From Alphaproteobacteria bacterium (GTDB lineage Bacteria > Pseudomonadota > Alphaproteobacteria > CAAHEQ01 > UBA3637), in assembly GCA_017647405.1 (NCBI GenBank), contig JAGCKR010000041.1, positions 45,218-109,217 of the forward strand: DNA of 64,000 nt, given 5' to 3'. Positions 37,401 to 44,287 of this stretch are shown here, in pieces; positions within the stretch are counted from its first letter, which is position 1; each line of letters starts with the position of its first letter. The position numbers and the translations under genes are program-made. The notes below the pieces were generated by a model. That model was not told the DNA's origin, searched no databases, and saw only the letters and a program-made list of their open reading frames with translations.

Positions 37401-38240
37401 GATAACATCTCCATTTGGATTAATTTTCCCCATAATTTCGTTTTTAAGATTGAGAGGCAATTTTTCCGGAATGGCAATAGCAACAATTTTTCCGTCTTTA
37501 TTAACATATAAGCCGTTTTCTGTTTTTTTGATAACTTCGCCATCGATAACAATAGAACCATCTTCGTTAACAGGGTATAACTTGCCGTCTAAACCCATGG
37601 CGTATGTTGGTTCTTTTTGAGCATCATCTTTCGAAACTGTTTCACAAATAACGCAATCTTTTGAATCTGTTGACTGTGCTTTAACCTGAACGGTTTTTTC
37701 ATGAGTTCTGTCTGAAAAACCAGCAGCTTCAGCAGAATCTTCTTCCCATTGAATTGTTAAAACGTTTTGAATTTGTCTTAAAGAAACAGGATTCCATAAT
37801 ACTTTGATGAAGCATTCTTGACCAACTGCAAGAGATTTAGTTTCACCACATGTTGTTTCTATTGAAAAACCGTCTTGTTGATTTTCAAGAAATGTTGCAC
37901 CTTTATAAAGAACGGGACCATTTTCAGCGGTTAACTTAATAAGAGCTTCTACTTGTGAACCGATAACAACGTTGTTCATATCAATTTGCTCTGGAACAAC
38001 TTTTAAAGAGGCCTCTCCACGAGAAAATGGATCAACTTCTTTACTTGGATCTTCCTGTTCTGTTTTATATTCAGGGATCCAGTTAATGGGTTCAACCGTA
38101 TTTTGAACCGGCGCTTTGTCGGAAATAAAGGAAAGCGCTACAAAAAATATAATAAGAAGAAATAATCCACCGAACAAAAGTGTTCTATTGCTTTTTTTTA
38201 CATATTGCTCACTAGAGCTTAATCCTCTGTTTTCTTTCAT
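31485..38240 (-). CDS. virB10: Giant VirB10/TrbI-family protein (2251 aa) with a ~1500-residue internal repeat array
   Basis: TM helix LLFGGLFLLIIFFVALSFI near the N-terminus. C-terminal TrbI/VirB10 core (nt ~31850-32460): SSYPVDMSRMILKDKAIPAVLTRSIDS, IIIPAGSRLIGTF, ITWQRLIRPDGG, GRGGVAAYLDDE, VIYVPSGTRLTVFPNEDLW. Located between virB9 and virB11. See findings for the repeat array. Confidence 0.85.
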   Translation of the reverse strand: MKENRGLSSSEQYVKKSNRTLLFGGLFLLIIFFVALSFISDKAPVQNTVEPINWIPEYKTEQEDPSKEVDPFSRGEASLKVVPEQIDMNNVVIGSQVEALIKLTAENGPVLYKGATFLENQQDGFSIETTCGETKSLAVGQECFIKVLWNPVSLRQIQNVLTIQWEEDSAEAAGFSDRTHEKTVQVKAQSTDSKDCVICETVSKDDAQKEPTYAMGLDGKLYPVNEDGSIVIDGEVIKKTENGLYVNKDGKIVAIAIPEKLPLNLKNEIMGKINPNGDVINENGEKIGRLLGDDTIVDSELTVLGAAVPIVSAMDMTGTIIGKLLKDGTIVNEKGAVIGKPLANGAVANLNNRVMGVLTPWGLVADLTGNVIGGIIPDGTVMDASNNVLGTVKPNGLVVNSANELIGGTIPQGVAVAPGCQLTGKIMQNGEVRDSYNQTVGKTLIDGSVIDNAGTDIGGAIPLSLIINEKGQIIGFVNSEGKAVGPQGAIIGCINPDGSVTAGKKPIGAILPKGRVIGFGCQQIGSVFPNGIAINDSGEQVGKVMTDSYVRNDQNRIIGVVVPRASAIADGCRLLGLVTLGGDLTDSNNEPFGCITPDRTVVNNDGKIIGAMAIKGVVKNAEGVIIGRVRLDGKVMDLKGKIIGCLQEDGSVISLDGKEVLGTLVGETGTSGSGGVVLGADGTPTGWSVMGNKVIDQNGNVIGTIDSNGIVSDEKGKFLGVIPPDGVIVSPEGLILGRYNSKIGYGLNQEGEKFARILPNLTAISGETQQIIGTLIPDKTSFLDVDNNYLGTMTVDGTLKNTDGDVIGAIRANGTVTDKDGKVLGFIMPQGTVLSVLGKEIGSVTPKGEVVSPKKTVIGKILANGIAISSDEKIIGGVFKRLSVAFSGEELIGYPSVTGAIMDKNGNIAGQATPFGLVINENDGVIGRMLPFGIYVDTKNELIGWTSFDADLLGKNARSIGRLMTNGIALDKAGTQIGYLVKTGLAVKPNGALLGYMSINNTIQTEKDKGYLYASDFIYNNMDEVVGRVLPQGVAVDNSGKFAGILQSDGRISLGKSVLGYALSDNRIANSKGDITGTFIPLNSVGFTDNNQTTYLINEYGEAIDAKGKIKGLVIAPQTVTKDGNFIARLTDKDLFVSENSAAKTIGLVSTNGSILSLGSSKPVGSVMMNGLTTNLIKQIQGNVLNAGPAVSNALNTVGRESLNGTIFLRGKKESVVAGTRALYNEKDLIRGMTLPVSTFVGKSGLLIGKTQTAAVITNQDEKNIAVQMPLGVALTTDNVWAGGKAPFGVAVDDYAKILGTVAADGAVIGKDNQMTGRALSDGSVAGIRERSLFNTMPQKGGLVQQGLPFSYRGEVLGRTTLSGDILDATDNKTLRILDDGTILGKNEPLAGAVLPFYTAISQEGSFMGTLIHNGQIVLPNGELKGKIAVNGTVKEGTYKITGALIPSYLITNDCKVVGQAAFNGQVIDAKGTVVGRILPNKWAINSAGEKIGRVTRNGIVMSPEGKYIGRTMPDSTVVDTNGINIGCSRNDGTVVDHKTGEVIGATQERGLILGEDGKPKGRVTLDGSVVDINGEKIGTLTADGKVIDENGNVIGWNTGRDKELIFDENGNIKGTFSADGIITNNKGEFIAQVLPTGEIVDANGNRIGELSDNGELPIDIESGLLVDANGNVFGKISGCDVFNLQNEKIATITPNGSIIDLNGEIYATIREDGMLFDKDGQSMGQIKGVDVRLDKCGIKTSASNVWKELSKYLTPEELEKLRQALAEKGLAALEDFLTPEELEKLRQALSAEELESLVSGKGGYGKAGTRRIPFGSKLYEVTPDGSILDDNGIMIGYVQDGRPYSMDGRPLSTTGDEQGRIRPNFADKKMKPTPEQVQQMQELLTKKREGMKAGMSSRGLITPNSKIKAMARKKADANWKSIGVNKIVSSYPVDMSRMILKDKAIPAVLTRSIDSRYSDAPVTAIVERHIYSEKGRNIIIPAGSRLIGTFAGEQGSDKRAAKLEITWQRLIRPDGGAFSFEGKSGDAQGRGGVAAYLDDELVKKFGKPIMTSVVTSAISYMMATNADMYQDQYGNTITSSKTEAANDARENFIESMQTIFDQLVQDSANIPVVIYVPSGTRLTVFPNEDLWLRSEEDDVAEAEEPSMEAQKPDTSSWVDNRTASQKEEEEEVEEEVVEEEDDKTTDETPAADDSKYYQPSDKYHADDKKSSDKEEDNQPIYTGDSVEKQPVKERKVTPVLPKTGSSDKLF

Positions 38241-38296
38241 TGCTAACCCATTTCTTTAATGTCGGAACAAATACTTAAACGTTTTTCAAAGAATTT

Positions 38297-40039
38297 TTAT
38301 TGAACACGAACAACTGAACAGCCAAAACCACGACGTCCCAATCTTTTGCACAATTTATCAGCCAATGTGATATCTTTAATTGGGCCGACCCGTAAACGGA
38401 ACAATTCACGCATATTGCTGTCTGCTGTTGCATCAACGGAATAATATGGTTCATAACCTCTTAAAACATCTGAATTTTTTTCAAGGATTTTTTCCCAGAT
38501 GCTTTCAAGTTCCGTTATATCCGCATGTGTTCCAAGTTCAATAGAAATTGTTTCACTGGATGCAAGAGCGGAATTTCTTTGTGTTGAAATAGGCATTTGA
38601 CTCATAACACCCACAATGCCGGCAGAAGCTTTTGGTGAATTCATCACATTTGTTGGAATGGATTGAATTGGTGCCATATTTGAGGTGTAAAAAGAATTAT
38701 TTTGTTGTTCAAAACCAGCCAAATAATTTGGAGCATAAGAATCATATGTCATGCCTTGTTCATAATTTGCTCCCATTTGTGGCGTATAGCCGTTTTGGTT
38801 ATATCCGCCCATCATTTGTGGTGTTGGAGCAAGTGAACTTTTTATGTTTGGTTTAGTTTCTGTAGGTTTATTGGTTATAGCAGTTGGATCATATGCAGGT
38901 GAATCACTGCTCATCACACTTGGACGGCCTGTATATGGTGAAACAGTCATATTTTCAGAACCACTATAATCTGTGTATTCCAAACCAGCACTTGGATCTC
39001 TTCTGAGTTTTAAGCAAATCAATTTTTTACCATTTCTTAAAACTAAATCCCCAATGGCTTCTACAACAATTAAGCGACTGTTTGGACCCGTTGTTCTAAA
39101 TCCGACTGGTACTTCAGTATCCTGAACCAGAAGGCTGACAACTGGTCTTTGAGTCATTGTTAATGCTTTTGGTCCTAAATCAATATAGGTAAAAATATTA
39201 TCGCGCCAAACGTTATCTGGTGCAATATCAACATCAGATGGATTTGGAATATAAATATCAATATCGAAGCGAATGTTTTCAGGATCAACAGGGATGCTTT
39301 GCAACCAATCTTTTGGTCCTGTTGAAGCCGTGTTAATCCCTAATTGTGGGTTTTGTCCGCCACTGCGACCCATTGCCCATCCGGGAGCTTTATTGGAATT
39401 TAAAAAGCCATTGCCGACAGCTCTGTTTGTGGCGCCGTTTGTAGCTCCTAAACGTCCACCATTTTCAACCGGTGTGTAACGCGGGCCAACCAAAATATCA
39501 ACAACAGATTGTGAAATTTTATCGGCATTATATGTTTCGCTTCTTAAATAAAAAACATAACGATTACCGGAGCGACCAAAAATAATCATATTACTGTCAA
39601 CACCAATATAAGATGGGTCAGCATATAAAAGAAGAGAATTTGGTGCAGCAATTTCGCCCCCAAAAGATTCAGGTGATCCGATATGAACTTTTTCAATTAA
39701 TTCCCATGTTGGTAAGTTAATAAGAGTCATCATACCTTCTCTTATGCGAATAGGTAAAATTACATCCGGTGACCAAGCATATTTTGAATATCCTGGTTTG
39801 GATTGCCCTTCACCTAAATGCGCCATTGGATCATTCCATGCTTTTTGTTGCATTCCCAGTGAATGCAAATAATTTGGGTTAACAGATTCATAATCGCCGT
39901 TTGTTTGAGCAATAGCGTCGCTTAAACGTTCACTTTCAACATCTGTAGGCAACCCTTCAGAATGTGCAACAACAGAAAATAAAACAAAAAAAGCAGCTGT
40001 TGACAGCCAACCTTGTCTGTGAAGTTTTTGTTTGAACAT
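38297..40039 (-). CDS. virB9: VirB9-family protein with long low-complexity linker and C-terminal SPOR-like domain
   Basis: Start at MFKQKLHRQGWLSTAAFFVLFSVVAHS (GGAG RBS; the track starts at 40078). VirB9/CagX-like blocks IFGRSGNRYVFYLRSE, IFTYIDLG, PVVSLLVQD ... LIVVEAIGDLVLRNGKKLICLKL. C-terminal LFRLRVGPIKDITLADKLCKRLGRRGFGCSVVRV resembles SPOR. Confidence 0.8.
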   Translation of the reverse strand: MFKQKLHRQGWLSTAAFFVLFSVVAHSEGLPTDVESERLSDAIAQTNGDYESVNPNYLHSLGMQQKAWNDPMAHLGEGQSKPGYSKYAWSPDVILPIRIREGMMTLINLPTWELIEKVHIGSPESFGGEIAAPNSLLLYADPSYIGVDSNMIIFGRSGNRYVFYLRSETYNADKISQSVVDILVGPRYTPVENGGRLGATNGATNRAVGNGFLNSNKAPGWAMGRSGGQNPQLGINTASTGPKDWLQSIPVDPENIRFDIDIYIPNPSDVDIAPDNVWRDNIFTYIDLGPKALTMTQRPVVSLLVQDTEVPVGFRTTGPNSRLIVVEAIGDLVLRNGKKLICLKLRRDPSAGLEYTDYSGSENMTVSPYTGRPSVMSSDSPAYDPTAITNKPTETKPNIKSSLAPTPQMMGGYNQNGYTPQMGANYEQGMTYDSYAPNYLAGFEQQNNSFYTSNMAPIQSIPTNVMNSPKASAGIVGVMSQMPISTQRNSALASSETISIELGTHADITELESIWEKILEKNSDVLRGYEPYYSVDATADSNMRELFRLRVGPIKDITLADKLCKRLGRRGFGCSVVRVQ

Positions 40040-40196
40040 AGAATCTCTCCTCTTTATTTTTGTAATATATTTACACAATAGAACAAAAATATTTAAAAAG
40101 TCTACAAAAAAATGAAAAAAGATGAGATTTTAATGTAAAAAAATTTTTAAGCGTTTTTTTATATCGTTTTTCAAGAGGGAAAAATGCAAAAAATGA

Positions 40197-40892
40197 TTAA
40201 GATTCAGGTTTTTTTATCACAAGTTGATGGACTTTAAAGCCAAGGGGATTTTTAAGTCTTTGTTCCCAAGTTAAATCCCTGAGTTGTTCGAATGCAACAT
40301 TTAGAGTAACAACCCAAGTGGATTCTTTTGGTTCTTGAGAAAGGTGTTTCATTTCTGTGAATTTAACTTCAGCACGCCAAATATTTTCGCGATTGTTTGT
40401 TTTGTATGGTTGAACAAATAAAATTTGAACATTTCGTGTCAAACCTTCCTCTTTGGCTTGTTTGATCCAATCATCGGCATATTCAGTAAATTTTGCATAA
40501 ACTGTTGGAGCGCTCATCCAGTTTACATCGCCATCGATGCTGGATCTTCTTTCCAGTTCTTGAACATTTGAACCGATGCTGAAATACGAAAGTAAATATT
40601 GTCTGATAAAAGATTCTGTCAGTGTTCGAATATTGATCTGATTTAAATTTGGTTTAACAATATTAATAACCTGTTCGTTTTTATTGAGTGTTGTTAGAAA
40701 AAACGGTTGAACTCTGACAATCGGTACCAATGATACAAGAGCATTAATAAGCATAATTGTTGTAAGAGATGAAACAACAAGAACAAGCGCAAAAACCCTT
40801 GCCATCCAAAGATAACGTCGTTCTTTAACAGCTTCTTCTGATAAATCTTGCCCTTCTTTTTTTTTGTTAGGTATCTGATTGCCCATGTTCAT
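40197..40892 (-). CDS. virB8: VirB8-family protein (copy 1)
   Basis: 231 aa, bitopic: cytoplasmic N-terminus, TM ARVFALVLVVSSLTTIMLINALV, then an NTF2-like periplasmic domain (ESFIRQYLLSYFS ... NIWRAEVKFTE). Confidence 0.8.
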   Translation of the reverse strand: MNMGNQIPNKKKEGQDLSEEAVKERRYLWMARVFALVLVVSSLTTIMLINALVSLVPIVRVQPFFLTTLNKNEQVINIVKPNLNQINIRTLTESFIRQYLLSYFSIGSNVQELERRSSIDGDVNWMSAPTVYAKFTEYADDWIKQAKEEGLTRNVQILFVQPYKTNNRENIWRAEVKFTEMKHLSQEPKESTWVVTLNVAFEQLRDLTWEQRLKNPLGFKVHQLVIKKPES

Positions 40893-40911
40893 AAGGCTAA
40901 ATCCTTATAGA

Positions 40912-41091
40912 TTAAGATAACCAATCGGGAAGGGCTGGTGCTTTTTCAAGCTCAAGACAAGCACAAGGTGATTTTTTAAGTTCTGAATAATCCGGACCGA
41001 TGCCCACTGGTTCTTTTTCGTAAACACTTCCACAGGCAGCAGCTAAAACAGTTAATCCTAAAATAAATAAAATAACAAAATATTTTTTCAT
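40912..41091 (-). CDS. virB7: VirB7-like small lipoprotein (59 aa; below the ORF-track size cut-off)
   Basis: Hand translation: MKKYFVILFILGLTVLAAACGSVYEKEPVGIGPDYSELKKSPCACLELEKAPALPDWLS. Lipobox LAAAC. Sits between two virB8 paralogs, as rvhB7 does in Rickettsiales. Confidence 0.7.
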   Translation of the reverse strand: MKKYFVILFILGLTVLAAACGSVYEKEPVGIGPDYSELKKSPCACLELEKAPALPDWLS

Positions 41092-41179
41092 TTTTCCCTC
41101 TTATTTTTGTGATTCACAAATCTAGTTTATCTAAACAAAAACAATTAATCAACCAAAAAAAACATTATTTTGAAATATT

Positions 41180-41857
41180 TTATTTTTTAATGTCTTCATC
41201 GTATTTTTCAACATAAAATCCAAATGGATTTGATAAGATTCTTGAATAAACGTGTCTGTTTGGATGATGATTGATTGTTATGGTTGCAATACGTTTTTGA
41301 ATTTTTGGTTTAACAACAGGATCATATGGATTGAATAAAAAGACATCAAATTCAACGGTGTATATATTTCCTAGTTTAGAAATGCGTGTAATATCGACAC
41401 TTCTAGTTTCTCTTGTTGAAGTTATCTGTTCGATTTTTTCTTTCATATTTTTTGCAAATTTTGAATAAACTGATGGAGAGGAAAGTTTTCTGATATCTCC
41501 GGCTGCCCCCCATCTGGAATTCATTTCAATTTTGTCTGGAAAGTGGGAAATGCGTTTATCAATATAATATCTGATAAGCATTTCATCTAATAATTCGCGG
41601 TTGATGCGATTACTGTTTGCTGTTGAATTAAGCAATCCTTTTACAGGTAATGTATCAATCTGAATATGGTCTAATGTATGCATAGGTGAGGGCAAAATTT
41701 GCGCAATCATTTTCAATTTTGGTGCCATTTGAACAAGTGTTAAAACAATGAATAAATTGATGGCAATAGAAATTGAAGCAATGGTCATCCAAAGCTTTGC
41801 CCAGTAAACAGCAAATTGACTGCGTGCTTTTTGGTTTTTAATCAAAGATGAAATCAT
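41180..41857 (-). CDS. virB8: VirB8-family protein (copy 2, divergent paralog)
   Basis: 225 aa with the same bitopic layout (TM WMTIASISIAINLFIVLTLV; EMLIRYYIDKRIS ... NIYTVEFDVFLF). The start abuts the stop of the upstream ORF. Confidence 0.75.
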   Translation of the reverse strand: MISSLIKNQKARSQFAVYWAKLWMTIASISIAINLFIVLTLVQMAPKLKMIAQILPSPMHTLDHIQIDTLPVKGLLNSTANSNRINRELLDEMLIRYYIDKRISHFPDKIEMNSRWGAAGDIRKLSSPSVYSKFAKNMKEKIEQITSTRETRSVDITRISKLGNIYTVEFDVFLFNPYDPVVKPKIQKRIATITINHHPNRHVYSRILSNPFGFYVEKYDEDIKK

Positions 41858-43396
41858 TTAAAGGCCTCCATTAAGGCAGCTTTTATTTATTTTTTTGTTA
41901 AATTCTTTTTTGATGTCATTTTTATTTTTTTTCTTGATTTCTTCAAAAAGCGCGTTTTCTGCATTTTTTTCTTTTATCAGGTGATCAATTTCCTGTGCAT
42001 TTATAATTGTGAAGTTAACTTCACCATTAATATCTTTTTCAAGCGCATTCACATAGTGATAACTCTTATAAGCTTTTGAGGACATCATAATTTGTTTAAG
42101 GTTTCGATAGTCTTCAGAATCTTTGGGTAAAGTGTCGAGCATTTTTAGTTGCTCTGAATATGACATTTTTAAATAATCATTAAATTTATTTGGTTTACTT
42201 TTTGAGTTGAAAAGATCTGAATGATTTTTTGTTATACGATCGCGAACAATTTGAATATTTTTGCTTTTGGCAGAAACTAATTCTTCCTCAATTTTTGAAA
42301 GAGAGGCAACATCATTTGCATCAATGCTTGATTGAATGCCTATTTCTTTGAGTTGATTGTTTATTTTATTAACAATTTTTGATTTGCCCTCTTGAACAAT
42401 ATTTAACACATTTTCAGCAGTTGTTTTTTCTTTTTTAACAGCTTGATAAACATTTAATCTATTATTTTGTTCATCAACGCCTTTATGTCTTGCCTCTTCA
42501 TTTAAGACAAGTGTTTTAGGCTGAAAAATTTTTGCCATTTCACCATTTTCATTATATGTTGTAAATCCGCTTTGAATAAATTGTTTCCATGGTACAGGCC
42601 ATTCAGGAAAAACGGTTTTTGATTTTGCCGGATCTTCATTAAACCACATAATTTCATGTGCTGGCGGTAAGGCTTTTGGAGGTTTGGGAAATGATTTTTG
42701 AGCGGGTGTTAATTTACTAACAGTTTCGGGAGGTAATGTTTTTAAAAAAGCGTTATAAGCTGCTTCATTTTGTTCGAAAGAATTTGCAGCTGAAATACCG
42801 GCAATTCTTCCTGTCCTTCCAAGAATTTGATTGATGCTGGTTAAAAATGAATTCACCTGTTCCGAATAAATATATTTTTGGTCTTCCCACAAATCAAAAG
42901 ATTTTCCTTTTTTTAATGTGCCGTATTTTTCAGGTGTTGCATAAACATCTTTTAAAACTTCTCTTCCTAGATACCAATTAGCAAACAATTCTGCATTGGC
43001 ATCTTCACCGGTACTTGTTTTTTTAGGAGCGCTTGATAAAATATCAACTGTTAATTTTAATTCTTTTTCATCATATTCTTGAGTAATATTTTGCCAAGCT
43101 TCTTTTGGGTTTTCGTAGACATCGGAAAGTAATTTTATATTGCAAGCTTCCATTGCATTATATTTTTGATTGACAAGATCAAGTCTTAGTTTTTCATTAT
43201 CCTCTTTTTCATATGTATCTTTTAAAGATTTTAATTTCGTTTGCAGCGCATGAACTTGCTCAAGATACATAATTTCTGCGGTATAATCTGTTGTTTCTTG
43301 TTCAGATGTTGTTTGTTCAACAGAGGGGGCAGTTGCATAACAGTTGAATGAAAAAAATGAAATACTTGCTACTGTCAAAAATAAAAAATGTTTCAT
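41858..43396 (-). CDS. Secreted Lys/Glu-rich helical protein, unknown family (T4SS-linked gene 7 of 7)
   Basis: Start moved to MKHFLFLTVASISFFSFNCYA (signal peptide); the track start at 43471 overlaps the upstream gene. 512 aa. The stop is directly adjacent to the virB8 copy 2 start. Confidence 0.6.
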   Translation of the reverse strand: MKHFLFLTVASISFFSFNCYATAPSVEQTTSEQETTDYTAEIMYLEQVHALQTKLKSLKDTYEKEDNEKLRLDLVNQKYNAMEACNIKLLSDVYENPKEAWQNITQEYDEKELKLTVDILSSAPKKTSTGEDANAELFANWYLGREVLKDVYATPEKYGTLKKGKSFDLWEDQKYIYSEQVNSFLTSINQILGRTGRIAGISAANSFEQNEAAYNAFLKTLPPETVSKLTPAQKSFPKPPKALPPAHEIMWFNEDPAKSKTVFPEWPVPWKQFIQSGFTTYNENGEMAKIFQPKTLVLNEEARHKGVDEQNNRLNVYQAVKKEKTTAENVLNIVQEGKSKIVNKINNQLKEIGIQSSIDANDVASLSKIEEELVSAKSKNIQIVRDRITKNHSDLFNSKSKPNKFNDYLKMSYSEQLKMLDTLPKDSEDYRNLKQIMMSSKAYKSYHYVNALEKDINGEVNFTIINAQEIDHLIKEKNAENALFEEIKKKNKNDIKKEFNKKINKSCLNGGL

Positions 43397-43400
43397 TCTA

Positions 43401-43973
43401 TTATTCCTCCGGTAAGTCGTTTTCTGTTGGATCCCAATATGTTTTATGTCGTTTTGCTGTTGCAAGACCAATTAATGCATTATATTGTAATTGTGTGGCT
43501 CTCAATTGTTTTTGAATGAGTAATAATTTTGCCCATGCAATTTTAATGGCTGCAGTTGTTAGTAATAATTTAACTTTGTTTTCATTTGATTCCAAAGAGT
43601 TACTTCTTGATGCGGCTCTGGAAGAATTGTCAATTTTCTTTTCCATATCCTCAATAATGTTAAAGATTTTTTTTGTGTTATATTTTAACACTAATATTCT
43701 GGCCATCATTTGAAGGTTAGCTTGTTGTCGGATATATTCTCTTTTTTTTACAAAATCATAGTCCCCCTCATGATCTCCATAAGGATCGTCTGCATATAAT
43801 CTCATGTTGCTTTTCATAATATTTTCAACTTTAGAGGTGCCAGGATCAGCTCTGCGAATAATAACTTCTTTAGGCGCCTTATTCCCTGCAACAAGTTGTT
43901 CTGCATAACTGGTTGAACAAAAAGCGAATCCCGCGATGATTAAGATGATAAATAACGGTAAATTTTTTCTCAT
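43401..43973 (-). CDS. Secreted helical protein, unknown family (gene 6 of 7)
   Basis: Signal peptide MRKNLPLFIILIIAGFAFCSTSYA. 190 aa with a long C-terminal amphipathic helix KVKLLLTTAAIKIAWAKLLLIQKQLRATQLQYNALIG. Confidence 0.6.
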   Translation of the reverse strand: MRKNLPLFIILIIAGFAFCSTSYAEQLVAGNKAPKEVIIRRADPGTSKVENIMKSNMRLYADDPYGDHEGDYDFVKKREYIRQQANLQMMARILVLKYNTKKIFNIIEDMEKKIDNSSRAASRSNSLESNENKVKLLLTTAAIKIAWAKLLLIQKQLRATQLQYNALIGLATAKRHKTYWDPTENDLPEE

Positions 43974-44287
43974 TTTTGTTCTCCCAATAAATCGACGGCT
44001 GTTTCTTTGGCTGTTTCTCTTGCTTCTTTGAAAACTGCAGAAGCTCCATCTTGTAATGTTGATATGGTTTTATTCACCAGTGCTGTTGCCTGTTGTTTAT
44101 AATGATTATATTGCTTTTGCCCTTCTGAAATTCCTCTTGATACCATATCACCAACACTGCCCGGTTCCAAAACCGGACCGCCAACACTTTGAATCCAACA
44201 GGCATCACAAGGGATGCAGATACCTCCTTCAGCTGAAAAAGATGCCGCAGTTAAAAATAAAAACAAAATAGAATAAATTATTTTCAT
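43970..44287 (-). CDS. Small secreted Cys-containing protein, unknown family (gene 5 of 7)
   Basis: Signal peptide MKIIYSILFLFLTAASFSA, then GGICIPCDACWIQSVGGP (three Cys). 105 aa; 4-nt overlaps on both sides. Confidence 0.55.
   Translation of the reverse strand: MKIIYSILFLFLTAASFSAEGGICIPCDACWIQSVGGPVLEPGSVGDMVSRGISEGQKQYNHYKQQATALVNKTISTLQDGASAVFKEARETAKETAVDLLGEQK

Noticed and set aside
33361-37620. Long plus-strand ORFs inside virB10 (33361-33897, 35617-35877, 36118-36582, 36703-36936, 37117-37620 and others)
   Set aside because: They are antisense to the repeat array. Their translations are Pro/Ser/Thr/Ile-rich low-complexity mirror images of the Gly/Asp/Asn/Ile repeat codons. They lack RBSs and are fully contained in a much longer, motif-bearing ORF.
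41858-43471. Track start at 43471 for the 537-aa ORF; likewise 40078 for virB9, 13134 for the OMP gene, 19648 for the lipoprotein gene, 18012 for the PDT-fold gene and 7460 for chpT
   Set aside because: The upstream extensions overlap neighbouring genes or precede an obvious signal peptide or RBS-linked internal ATG. The shorter starts were adopted.
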